64,000 bases of DNA from Bugula neritina (Eukaryota; Animalia; Bryozoa). Under the pieces are notes generated by a model that was not told the origin of the DNA, made no database searches, and saw only the letters and a program-made list of their open reading frames with translations. The stretch covers positions 10,758,741 to 10,822,740 of the forward strand of contig OZ037768.1 of assembly GCA_964035545.1 (NCBI GenBank). The letters are read 5' to 3'. The position numbers and the translations under genes are program-made. Every line of letters begins with the position of its first letter. The stretch's first letter is position 1. Below, piece by piece: positions 1 to 13,500 of the stretch.

Positions 1-420
1 GTATAGAGAACGTGTAGGAATTCCAGTATAGAATTTAGTTCGCTCATCTGTAGTGGTGAAAGTTTTAAAAACTTTTACTTTTTCAATAGTTGCTTTTTGT
101 TTAAACGTGGAACTTTTTGAGCCTTTTCTTCCAACTTTTGATTTTCGTCTATCAATAGAATGTGCAGATCTTTTTTCTGAGTAGTTGATGATTCTGGTAA
201 CTCAGTTACTTCTGATGAAGTCTGACTATGAGGATGGCTGTCAGATGAGTTCTGTTGCTCTATATCAGCTGACTCTGTTGAAGACGTTTTCTGTTCGCTT
301 CTTTCACATGTTTCATTAAAACCACTGTTTTTTTGTGCGTCTTACATTATATGCTTTAGTGCATTGGTAACCCAAATGAAGGGTTGGAGTTGAATTTTGC
401 TCAGTGGGCAGACTATCCTT
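1..420 (-). mobile_element. Degraded THAP-domain / Harbinger-type transposase remnant (runs off the window edge)
   Basis: Minus strand gives DSLPTEQNSTPTLHLGY (THAP C-terminal-like motif, ~367-417), a coiled-coil-like stretch, then DERTKFYTGIPTRSLY (1-48, like the Harbinger HTH 'FYTGLP' motif). Pieces lie in different frames with stops. Confidence 0.45.
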
Positions 421-1090
421 ATGATTATGATTATGATAGTCTGCTGTGCTCTCTGTAATCTACAGCCACCATTGGTGACTGATGAAATTTAGAATTTGAA
501 GTAAAAATGTGTTATTTTTACCTGTGCCATTTTACTAGAAATCTATATCTAGCTTTTATATAATATTCTTGTAATTTTTTCATCATAGCAATGAATAAAT
601 GACATTGTTTTCACACTAATATTTCATATATTTATAGTTTATTTGAAAGCTTACGTTGTTTATTGTGGATGTTGACTGCTGCAGAAACTGACCACTATTT
701 TCAAAATTTAAAAGGAAAACAAGTTCCTGGTGCAGAAGTGGCAGAATATGTAATACAATTTTTTTCAAATAGAAGGTAAGAAATGGGGTCATTTCAGCAT
801 TCATAAGCTGCACATAATAGCTTATAATGCGTATATTTATATGGTGTGGACTTGCTATTACTGCGAGCTACAATATTACTAGCATGGGTGGTTGATTTAA
901 CCTCTTAGTAGTTCCCATGGCTCACATACAATAAAATTCTAGTTGAATAGAATATTTACTATTGTTAAGTACAAGACAAATGACCAGAATATTTCATTTG
1001 TTAAACAGAAATTTTGTAATACTACTGTGGATTGGGTACTGTACATTAGCTAGATGTAGGCGGAGTCTACACTACTTAGCCATCCGGATG

Positions 1091-1519
1091 CATATACTAA
1101 AGGGCCATTCAAAAACCAGCCAATCAAAGTCATGTACCAAATTCACAGATGTTTACTGCAAGCTTCCAATGCTAAACAATAACCCATTCAAGCTGCAACA
1201 ACAAATAGCTACTAAGCTGGCAGTTATGTAATAATTGGCCTTAAGTTGCAAAAGTGTACCAGGTCATTTTTCTAGACATGAAATTTTTAATTGCATTTTA
1301 TAAACACTTAATTTAGACATTTTAAAAATTCATTTCAAGAGTCATCAATTTAAGATATAAAATTAAATAATGCATGAAAAAAAAGTTGCACAACTAGCTT
1401 TTAGAAGCATGCATTTTGCAATTGAACTTGCAGAATTTTATATCAGTTACAATGGTAGAACATTGACCTGGTACACTTCGCTGATTGGCTGAGTTTTACA
1501 TGGTCTATTTTGAGTATGT
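1091..1519. mobile_element. Old MITE-like element with degenerate terminal inverted repeats
   Basis: Left ...ccattcaaaaaccagccaatcaaagtcatgtacca is an imperfect inverse of right tggtacacttcgctgattggctgagttttacatgg; no clear TSD. Confidence 0.4.
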
Positions 1520-1763
1520 AAGTGATTTAACTTCATCTGCCAGCTTGTTGTGTAATGGTGTACTTGAACAGGAAGATGGCATGTTATGGAGTTTTAAAGT
1601 GACTGTTAAGTTTTTTTTATTTAATATGCATTTTACTTAGTAGATGTAGTCTGCGTTTAGTTGACCTAATTGCTGGGTACGTAGGATAGGCATGTGGATG
1701 TTTCCTGTAATCTGCTAATCAAAGACTCACTAGCCTATCTTCATACTGTTCAAATGGAAATCA

Positions 1764-1919
1764 TCTATAAGCAGCCCCAAGTTGGGGTGCCTGAGTGCAG
1801 TAGTTTTGGTTTGGAGTTGAAGTTGTGGGTTCAAAGCTCCAACCTAAACCGGTAACTTCAAACTCCAGAGTCCCAAAACTGCTGCACTCAGTCACCCCCA
1901 ACTTGGAGCTGCTTATAGA
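1764..1919. mobile_element. Palindromic MITE (~156 bp)
   Basis: tctataagcagccccaagttggggtgcctgagtgcagtagttttgg...ccaaaactgctgcactcagtcaccccaacttggagctgcttataga: long imperfect inverted arms. Confidence 0.75.
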
Positions 1920-2224
1920 AATATTCATTCAAATTTGCTTCGACTTGATGCCAGTCAACAGTGTGAAGGGAGAGTGTGTGTTTGTGCTTATGTTACAAGT
2001 TATGACTGGATATGAAATCTAGACGCACGCAGACATACATACATACATACATACATACATACAATACAGCCTGCGTTTTTGATTAGAGATTTAGTAAAAG
2101 AAGTTATCATTTTCCTGTGCTCCAAAGTAAAATTCATCAAAAACATTGAATAACTAAGGCTATATAAATTTGTCCCCTACCACATCTAACTGATGATTGT
2201 TCATATATTGGTTTATGTCTACAG

Positions 2225-4415
2225 CTCCCCCTGTTCCCACCACCTATGTGCCGGTTATCAAGTCTAACAGCATTTCTTTCATGTGGACAACTGTCAACTT
2301 AAAAGGCGACTACACAGAATTTTTATTTGATTTGTAAGTCAATAAGTATATATAACCAGGTTTATACTGTCCTCATAGTTTTTTATCACCTTTTATTGGT
2401 AGACAAAAGTTTGAAATTGAAGTTGTCTCCTCCACTGTTAACATTGACAGTTATCATTTCTTATGCTTACGTTGCTAGAATTTTGTAGCTTCTGTAAAAC
2501 CCAAGTCAATTAATTGTAAGCAAACAGCTCCTGCTCTAAGCATACAATCTGTAAGCATGATACATCCGTTACATCATGATGGTGAAGTTGCAGCATATTG
2601 CTATTATTACGTCCATAGATATGAAATGGAGTCGGGACTACAAGTACTGGTTTACAATACTACCGTGTATAAGGAGGATGCTTCCAGCAGTGGAGACTAC
2701 AACCTCACTGTGTCTGGCCTGCAGTCATCCTTCTCCTACTGCTATCAGCTGCAAGCAGTGTTGAGGGGTGTGAATGAAACTAAATACGGCTCCCAGACAG
2801 CCTGTTTTTCTGTGGCAACGGATAGTGCAGGTAATGTCATAGTGTGTGTTTGACTGTGTTAACACGTTACTTTGAGTTTTGAACGTGAATTAAATTAAAT
2901 TGTCGGAATAAAATAGAAGTTTAAGGTCAAATTTTCTGATTCATGATTTTCTCAAAACGGTCTGTTATTGTAAATCATAAGGTTAATAATTATTTTAAAC
3001 CTCTTCTCTTTTCTAGTCCCAAATGCTCCAACGATTACGGCTATCACCGGAGATGTGGCAGGCAACAAAACCGGATCATTAAGGATTGAGTTTACACCCC
3101 CAGGGTGCCTTATTGATGATGCCGACTGCCTTCAGAAATTCTTAATACAGTATAAACACGAGAATCAGACTCTATTTACCAACAAGAGTTTCTCTAAGAC
3201 AGAGATTTTCAAGGTTTGTATGTTGGACTATATTAGCGCACCTAGTTTCACCTGAATTTGTTCTGGTTTGCTATTTTCATGTAAACGCTGCCACTAAATG
3301 TGGGAGTTGGGCCTTTAATCTGGGTACTAATAGGCAATCACAGATGTACAAATGTGAAATATTGACTTGGTTGTTTAGTGAAAGGCAAAGGGCAAACTAT
3401 TGGCTGGCGTGTGAACTTGCTTTTATGTAAAGAAAGTTCAAGTCTAACCCATCATAACTATGCTAACTTTGTATTATGTCTCTAGCTGATTCTATAATAT
3501 AATAATACGTGTAAATATTTTGCATTTTCAACACCTGTTATGTTTATTCTAGTATACGCTGTCGGGGCTTGAGGCAGGACACATATACTATGTGCAGTTG
3601 GCTGGCGTGGTAAATAGCAGGAAATATGTTGGCGAAGTCATCATTGGATACTTTTCGGAACTCTTTCGAACAGATGCTATTCTGAAAAGTTAGTGGCTTA
3701 TTGCTCTCTCTCTAGAGGACATTTCATCTGATTTTTACGAAAAGTGTATCGTCTTTGTTGCCATAGCAAGCTTAGCATTTTGTTGAAGCTGACAAGTTGT
3801 GGTAAATTCTTGAGTATTACCTTTAGGTCAAGTTTACTTGATGTATGAATGCATACTCTAATACAGTTACTTTTCATTGGATAGATTTCTTTCACATTAT
3901 TAAACTCAACTTAAATAACCTTCAATTCGGTACAATATGTTTAATAATATTTGACAGATAGCTAAAATTGACATGTTGTACTTATTTCTGCCATGTATAG
4001 CTGACAGCATAAAATGTATCTTAAGGCAAATTTAATTTGCAGTAAACCCCTCGTGGTTTGATTAATCAAATTTTAGTATCCTGCAGCAATTTACAAAACT
4101 ATTTGGTTTGTGTTTTAAACTTGTGACAGATGCAACTTCCTTCTACTTTTACTCATGTGCATCACTTTGACTTGTACAATAAATAAGATTGAGTTTTTTC
4201 CATTCTATATTTTTCTCTTAGGACATGATTTTCAGATTGATTTGCTGTGTGGTGACTTTCAATTCATCTAATTGAAAATGTTGCCACAAGCAGCTATTTT
4301 TTCAAGCTGCAATCAAAACTGTAAAAATTAAATCTAAAATTGGGATTTTTTTCCCAATGTGCCTCTATTTTATACAGCACTCTGCTGTACAGAATGTATT
4401 ACACCCGTATATGTA

Positions 4416-4471
<56 letters not shown>

Positions 4472-4516
4472 GTATGCTGATTGTCAATCTAGTTGGAGTT
4501 CCAGCATATATATATG

Positions 4517-4584
<68 letters not shown>

Positions 4585-7500
4585 TGTATTAGATGTAACT
4601 CTGGTTGTTGTAGCAAACAGCACTGATGGCATCACAGAGGTAACGCCAGTTGATCCGACAAGTCCCTCCATATCAACTGCTTCCCCTCCCAACAGTGACA
4701 CTGTTATTATAATCATTGTAGTCAGTGTGCTGGGCTTCCTCCTCCTAGTCGCCATTATTGTAATAATTGTCTGCTACAAGTGAGTCCACCACATCCCTAC
4801 TCTACTCACAACTTATAAATTGCTATATCTGCATATCTGTCAGAGAATCACTAATATATTTAACGATTAAAATCGAATCATTGATATTTTGCTTGTACTA
4901 CGTCTGTAAATTCAATAATATAACCCTCAAACTTTTTTAAAGGTTTGCATTTTTTTGAAAACACCCTGTGTCAGCCAAGTTAAGTAATTTAGTGCTCACT
5001 AGAAAGGATATAAACATAGTTTGTTACCAAGCATTATGAAAAGAGCATTTAAACTTCTAAATTGAAATCTTTATTTAAAAGAATCACCTGTAGATAAACT
5101 AATTTGTCATCAATGTTTAAAAATATTTTTTTAAACATTAATATTAGAGCTTGAGCGTATAAGCCAGTGGTTCCCAACCTTTTTCATACTATTCCCCCTT
5201 TCATAAATGTTGACTATTAATTTCCCCCCTTTCGGAGAGTGAAAAGATTTTAAGACTTACTGAATGAGAATATATGGTACAATGCAATATTTTTTGTTCT
5301 ATTACATTTGCATATAATATAATTATCAAAATAGTTATATTATTGTTATTATTATGTTATAAAACACAGAGCAACTAAGTTATTAATGTTATGGCTTCAT
5401 TTGATGCTTTTGTGCCAGCTTGCTTAAGCCTGGCTCTGTGTTTGACCAGGCCCATCTTAAGCCACTCTGCAGGTTAAGGCAGTTTCTCTTCTCTTTGAAT
5501 TGATGAGAATCCTACCTCACACTGATAGGTGGTGTTGGATGGCACCAAAACTCTGCTTTGTCAATTATGTGTAGGAAGAGTTTGCTTGTTGAAACCCACA
5601 ATTATTTTAGGTAAAACTGGTGCATGTAAAGATGTCACAGGTAATAAGGACACAAATAGAAAAGTAGGTAAAAATGGCACAATGATGTTAAAATTTTTCC
5701 AAACTCAAACCCCAAACCCCCACCCCCAAACTCCAGAACCCCATGTAGAAACCCAAAATCCTCACCTCAAGCCCCTCTTTCAAACTCCAAACCCCCACCC
5801 CAATATTGCAAACATGTGCCATTTTTACCTACTTTTCCATTTCTGCCATTATTGCCTGTGCCATTTTTACTGGACACTACCCACAATTTCATCAACATGG
5901 AGAAAGTTTCAAATCAATCACCTTTCATTGCTGAATTGTGAACCAACTCAATAAAATCCTCATGTAACTCTTCTGAAAACTTTTCAACAAAGTGTTGCAA
6001 TGGGTCACATGTCAAGTTGAGAATCTAGCTCTTTCTTTTTCGGAGGTAGCTCAAAGAAATATCGTTAAAACTCCATTAAAAGTTTAGAGAGATGCCTAGA
6101 AGTTTTTTTGAAAAATTATTTGGACAGGTGGTGTCCGGTAAAAATGGCACAGGTAATAATGGCACAGTTAATAATGGCGCAAGTGAAAAATTAAGTAAAA
6201 ATGGCACATTTTCAATATTAGCATTGTAGATTTGAGTTGGGGGTTAGGCGTTCAGGATGGGGGGTTTGGAGGTTTGAGTTTGGGAAAATTTAACACCAGT
6301 GTGCGATTTTTACCTAAAATCGGAACAGGTTCTTCTATAAAAGTTCATTGGGTGCAGGAAAAACACCATGTTTTTGATAGACGCCACCACTTTAGTGCAA
6401 ATTTAAAAACATTGCTGCTGCTATGAAAAGCAATGATATGATTATTGCACTCATGCCTTTTAGGTTCAGATTATTTAGTGTAGCAAATATATTCACTAGG
6501 TATGTAGTATACAGTTCATAGAGATTGACTTGCATGGCTTCTAAAAGTTAGCCTGTTGCTTTTTGCATATTTTTGACCTTCATTCGAAGTAGCACGGAGA
6601 ACAGCTAGGGTAGAATCATTAATAAACACATTCATATAGAAGTAAACTGAGATTGTAGAATATGGTTTGGTTAAATAGATGAACTAAGATGAAGATTTAT
6701 AGATATGCATATAGTACATGTAACTTGCTAGAGCTCAAAAACCGTCAAAAAATTACGTGAATTTTTCAAAATCCAAATTCCCCCCTAAAATGTCCAAATT
6801 TCCCCCAGGTTGGGAACCACTGGTATAAGCTATTATAATTATAACTTGTTTCTAGTAAACTGTCATGTGGTTATGTGTTATTACTCATCAGGAACAGGAA
6901 ATGGTGGGAAATGCTGCTGTCTACACTACGTTTATGCTGCTCTCAGCTCAGGTCTCATAGATCTTTTAATGTTGTTGCCTAAGCTTTTGTTTTCCTATCT
7001 ATGGATATGTGTTCATCTAGTTTCTTCCTTCTGTGGTAATATTTTGGATGTTATATCGAGTTTATTAGTCACCTTCTATTGCTTCATTTTTATCTCTTCA
7101 GTGTAGTGATTTGGTTTTATGAGTTCATTTTATTTGCAATCTTTAACTATATTAGCAGTTCTTGGCAATATTAATGTTTATATTTTAGTTATGTTTTAGT
7201 AGTTGTATTGATAGCTGTAATAATAGTTGTATTTTTTTCTCCAACATAACAATTTATTTTAGTAAAAAAGTTCTGATGCGATAAATTTTATTTGAACCTT
7301 TTGATGTGAAATTTAAAAGAAGTTATAACTGTGATGTAACTGTGACTGTAGAAGATGCAAGGAACATGGCAATATGTCTGTTGATAATACAGATGATGAT
7401 CTCTGGATTGATTTGAATACACCTCTACTGGGTCCAGCTAATGCAGGATATGGTAAGCAATTGACCATAATATTATCTAGTTATAAATAAAAACTTGTAA

Positions 7501-10500
7501 GGAATTATTATTGTATTCAAATATTTTCTTGATAAGTATACTAGAATCGATTTTCATTATAATCTATATTTCTACGTCATCAAATAATTATTCCTTAGTA
7601 TCCAATGATTATTGCTCTGAGTTATTTTCATCTAACTAATTTATACCGAAGTTTTAATCAACATTAATTATATTCACACATTAGTTCTGAACTATTATTT
7701 AAAAAAAGAGTGTTTTAAATGTAACAAACAGTGCTTGCCTAGCTGGTAAAGTGTTTACGTTCCATATGGTAAATTCTGTGTGCAATCAAAACCGTATGAA
7801 AATATATGCTATTCATACGATAAAATGCTGCCGTCCTTTATAACATCAACTTCTAATAAAAAGTTTTGTTGATTAATGAATATTTTTATACTATTTAGTG
7901 GAGAGTGAGTATGAAAATATTGGTATAGATGCGTGGGCTGAGCACTGTAAGACCATGCATGCTGACACCGACATCAAGTTCACTGAAGAATACGAGTCCA
8001 TTTGTCAGCAGTCACACGCTAGCACCACTTGGACTAACTCACTCGAACCTATCAACTTGCAGAAGAACAGATACAACAATATTGTGTCGTGTATGTGAAC
8101 TGTTGTGTATTCTTTAAGTATATTGCCTTGTTCTGATATCTATTACCATACTCAGTCATATCTGATTGAATCAGAGTTGCAAGTCGATTAATCTGTGAGG
8201 TTGTTTGTTAAATGGTTCCATCTTTTTATCCATTATGATTTTTATTAGATATTTCCTTGAGAATTTGGAGAGTTATCCTCTTTTTCTAATGTTGAGTTAA
8301 ATTATTTTTTATCGAAGCAGGGTGCAGTTAACAAAGTTTAAAATTTTTTATAAGTAATTTAGCAAACATACTCTTGGCAAAGCTTCCATCATAATTTAAA
8401 AGTTGCAAAACTGAATTATTTTAATTGTTGTTGTCTATGGTGTATGTAGTTGTTCAAAATGCTCAACATTTTCAACTAAATTATTCACCTATACCTTTAT
8501 GCCCTTGTCACTAAAAAGACATTACTTTTCAATAACTTTCACAGAAAAACCACTGACGTTATCTACTCAGAAGTCAACACACATTTTCGTATCTCGCACA
8601 TTTATTAGTTGATTTTCTGCTACAGTGTATTATTTAGTTACCTAAGTATCTTCTGTTACAGATGATCATACTCGGGTGGTACTGAAGACCCAGCCAGGTG
8701 TTCTACACTCAGACTATATCAATGCCAACTACATTGATGTAAGTTTATGTATTTAGTTATATATGCAAACCATCTTGTCACATTGCTATAGGGTTTTAGC
8801 CACTGTACCAATGAGCTGCTGTTTAAATAGTGGGAACACTTGACTACCCGAACCTGACTACAATTGGTTAGTAGAAAATCGGATTGTGCAGGGTCTTGGT
8901 GAAATAACATTACTTTAACAGCACTTAATTTTGCAGTCTATGATCACAAAGGCTCAAACCCGAAACATACATTATCATTTTCGTATAATATTTAATGTAA
9001 ATTTACCTTGCTTAGCTCCTAGTGGTGGCATTTGATTCAGGTAATGCCCATACATCCCTGTTCCGCACATTGTCCTTTGTTTACTAGTTTCTATGCACTT
9101 TACCTTCCAGTAGAAGTGTCCCACCTGCTCTGGCCAGAGTACTATAGAGAGTCTATTTGTCACACTGGGTTTACACATAATATTACTGTTTCTACCTGCT
9201 AACACTGTGTCCACTTTGTAAAGGTCCATTGTCTAGTACACAAGCTCTATCATATATTGGGCAGGGAAAAGAAAATCACTCCTATATGCAACCCTCAACT
9301 AGTTCTTCTAGCTTTTCCTGCATTTTATGTGCATTCAAAATCACCTACAATATTTCTGATACATCAAAGTGCGGGTTGATATTCCCAAAGCTGTCTTTTA
9401 CGATATTGAGTTGTGTAAGGTTTGCATCAAGTAGTGTCGAAGGGTTTACTGAGGCCTGTTTCTGTATTACAGAGTTACGATAAGAACAGAGCGTTCATTG
9501 CTACCCAAGGACCTCTACCGAACACCATAGAAGACTTCTGGAGGATGGTGTGGGAGAATAACAGCAGCGTGATTGTCATGATCACGAATGTGTACGAGAA
9601 GCACAAGAAGAAGTGTGAGCAGTACTGGCCAGACAGCGGCGAGACTAAGTATGGCCGAATGTCGGTGTCTCTACTCGGTGTTGAGGAACTGGCTTACTGG
9701 ACTATCAGACGATTTGTATTAAAAACCACTAAAGTTACAAAGAAGGTAAGATATTTGTTCTGGTAGGAGACAGTTCTTTCTAAATGGTTTAAAGTTTGTC
9801 AATTAGTGAATAATTTAGTTTGGTGAAATGAGATTATAAGGTTTTATGTGCAAATTTTTAATCACTTGAAAGCTTATGTTACTGTTATGTGTTTTTTTTT
9901 GGATTTTTAGTTGTGAAAAATTAATCATTAAATAACATTGAGATTTAAAAAGTTTAACCTGAATCTTTCAATTCAGCAATTCATGACTGTCACTGCCTTT
10001 GTTATCAAAGTGTTATTATCAGGGATATATAGAGAGTATTACATTATTATTATTAGTGTATTGTTAGTTGTGTGGTTTGTTGCTTCTTTAGCTTCACTTA
10101 TGGAATTCATTGCAATTTATATAACATTCATTTGCTAAACTTTGTAGATGTTTGGTGCAAATAAGTATCAGGTAATGCAGTAGTTTGCTAACACACTGCT
10201 GATGTTCATGTTACAGCAATTGGTTTGAGTGTGGGTGCAGTCAATACGCATTAAGCAATATCTAACCAACAATGATGTGAATATTTTTAATCATTTTTTA
10301 TTATTAAACGATCATACACTGTTTTGTTGCAAATAATGTTTACTGAAAACTGATGTGGGAATTTAATATTAGAAAAGACGTAGCATGTTTGGTTGATATA
10401 CAATTAATGTGTGTATGCACCTGCACTTGGTTTCAACAGCATTCATACTCATTTTATCTTGATCTCTAACTATAATTATGTAACACTTTTCTTAAAGCCA

Positions 10501-13500
10501 GCTCGTATTTCTAGTTGCAAACTCCTATATCACACACCATATTGACATTAACTGCTTGTCATAGAGCTATGTTTATGGTACTGTTGAGCATTTGCATTCT
10601 ACATTAACTGTTATATATTTGTTTTCCAATGTAATACTACTGTAAATTTTTACTGTAGTTTTGCATCTCTTACCAAAGCTCATAAACTGAAACAATTTAG
10701 GCAATGCTCAACAGTTGAGGAAAGTGTTTATGGACATTGTAGAGAAATCAAGTGGAGAAGGTGATATTTCAGTATCACTATACAGAGTGGCCCGACCACG
10801 GTATCCCAGAATACACCTTCCCTGTTCTGGCATTCGTGAAAAAGTCCTGCGCAGCGAATCCGGCTAATGGAGGCCCTATTGTCGTACACTGCAGGTAGTA
10901 TACCATACTACTCTGTACATTCAGTGTCAATAGCGTAGACTTCAGCTCATTCATTTTCAACGATTCAAAACTACTTTTTTAAGTTCAAGCTTCTGTCCTT
11001 AATATCAAAGTGAATATGGATTTCTTTGCACTATACTAGGATATGAAAATACAAGCCAAGAATTAAAAGCCTTGTTTTATAGTTATATTCACAACTATTT
11101 TAAGTTAAAGTAAAATTTGTAAGATATTGCATAGACATATGGTCAAGGTATAATTTTTCACATCGATTTTTCATCCATCACTACTGTGCAATGTTGAACT
11201 TGTAGTTTATAACGATGCTTATGTAATTTTGTGCTTTCAACAGCTGAACTAGCATGTATTGCAAGCATTACTGATAATATTGTACTGATTGCAGTGCTGG
11301 GGTGGGCAGAACTGGCACCTTCATTGTACTGGAGGCCATGATGAAGCAGGTCACTCAGAAAAGAACTCTTAATGTGATGGGCTTTCTTCGGCATATAAGA
11401 GGATGTCGTAATCACTTGGTGCAAACTGAGGTGACTTCTTCATGTCACTGTGTCTACTTCTCTTCCCAGATCTACTCTTGCTCAATTATTAGTTATTTAA
11501 ACAAACAAATAATGGTTGCCTGTTTACCTAAAAAAAATTTGCATGCAGTTACCGTACTGCTGCTATTTATTATTGTTCATGTGTTGAAAAGTGTAGATTT
11601 TTCTTCAAATTAAATTTTTGGCGGGCTTTCATAATACCTCAGATTTTATTATGTTATCTGGATTTTGTAATTGATTTGAATTCCTATCAAATAGGTTAAG
11701 TCATTGACGAGAATAGTTTTACATTTTATAGGAGCGTGTCTGAAAACTGTTTTATTTATATTGTATATCTAAGCTTCGTCTAACAGGAAATGGTGTGCTA
11801 TTGCTAAGTGTGGAGGTGTTGCTTTGTAGGATCAATACATCTTCATACACGACGCTCTTCTCGACTTCATTGAAAGTGGAGGCGGAACTGAAATCCAGCC
11901 GAAAAAGTTCAAGACGACTATCGAGGAGTTGGACTCCAATTTTGACAGCTCCGGTGAAACTATGCTGGAGAAGCAGTACAAGACAATCGTCAAGTGGTCC
12001 CCGGCGTCACACCTTACCCGCTGTGCTTTACAAGATGTAAATAGGAGTAAAAATAGAAAGCTCTCCTTCATACCCTGTAAGTTGGTCTTTGTTAGTTGAG
12101 TGTTGCTTCGATTTCCTAGTTGAAGAGTTCATTACAGTAGCATAACTCTTGGAATAACAGATTTCTATTCCCAAATTATTAATTAAAAATTAGAATTTTA
12201 AAAGTTTGTTGTTCAAATTGTTGATTTTTTGGTGTTAGAAGTAAGAACCTTAGTCTAAAAGACTGGAAGTTTGGAAAATTTTATTCTCAATGTTTGGTAT
12301 ATTGTTATGAAGTAACCTAAGATAGCATTGTGTTGACTATCTGCCCAGTGGACAACTCGAGCAAAGTCAAGTTACCAAAGGTAGCTGGGGAGAACGGCTC
12401 TGACTACATCAATGCTACGTACCTCCACGGATACTTCCAGAACAAAGAGTTTATCATTACTCAACACCCGTCTGCTCAAACAGAATATGACTTCTGGCGA
12501 ATGGTCTGGGACCAGGTAAGACTCCCACTCTGGTCATATCTGTGTAGACTCGACGCTGATTGGTAACTGATACAAGTAGGCGTCCTGCAGTACTTGATGC
12601 TTGACTTTAGGTCTAGTAAACATGCAGTGGTGCTGCCTTATATTATTCCAGGAAGTTTTTATTTCAGCATAAAGTTTTATGTTTATTTTCTACTACTCAT
12701 TTAATTTTTATGGAACTTGCTTTTAATAGTTTCTGTAACTTCGTTTTACTTGAGCTTGCTTGTAGCATGCCTTTAATTATGATGTTTTCTAGTTGTAGCT
12801 ATAATTATTTTATTTCATTTACTTGTTGCTTATGTACAGAATATAAACTCAAAGGTAACAACAAAGTATAGAGTTTTCCTTTTATGGCTATTGTTGCTGT
12901 TTTGTTATTGTTTACACTCTACTGTAATGTTCTGTTATTTTGCGCTAAGACTTGGCTGACGAGATACAAGTGTATGGAATAATTATGTTCACATGAAACG
13001 TGTAATATGAGCATTCTACTTCCATTGCATAGACTCTCATGCAGCATCTACTATCACCCTTTTGTAGCCTAAGTTGTTCTGTTAATTCTATTTGATTGGC
13101 TATTTCATTGGTTAAAGGTGCAAATGAAGGCAGTACAATTACAAGAACAGTTGAATTGATTTTAGCTTTTTTTACTGTCACTATGAACCTCATACACCTG
13201 TTATTTATACATACAATAGATTCCTCGGTAACTTGATATCTTCTGCTCATACTCAGTCTCTGATTCCTTTGTAGAACTCAATGACTTTAGTCATGCTCTC
13301 GAATATCGGAGAGGAAGACTGCATCACTTTCTACCGACCTAAAGGGGAGCCCACCGACTGGTCACACAAGTCTTCCTTTAAACTTACATTCACTGAGGAG
13401 AATTTAGACACTATTGATGTAATCATTCGAGATTTCCAACTAGGATCTAAACAGGTAGGCATCTTGTATATGAAAATGAAACTCACGCAAGTTTATAGTC

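Larger units (their letters stand above)
5165..6822 (-). mobile_element. Defective hAT (Charlie-like) DNA transposon in a PTP intron
   Basis: 16-bp TIR cagtggttcccaacct / aggttgggaaccactg; 8-bp TSD gtataagc (5157-5164, 6823-6830). Minus-strand transposase remnants [15 protein letters not shown] (~6465-6510) and [18 protein letters not shown] (~5500-5555, dimerisation domain), with stops and frameshifts. Confidence 0.9.

Noticed and set aside
4359-4616. YIYIYI ORFs
   Set aside because: Translations of (TA)n microsatellites; only 4614-4779 is a real exon.
5529-5954. 141-aa ORF
   Set aside because: Chance read-through of nested repeats on the strand opposite the hAT transposase remnants.
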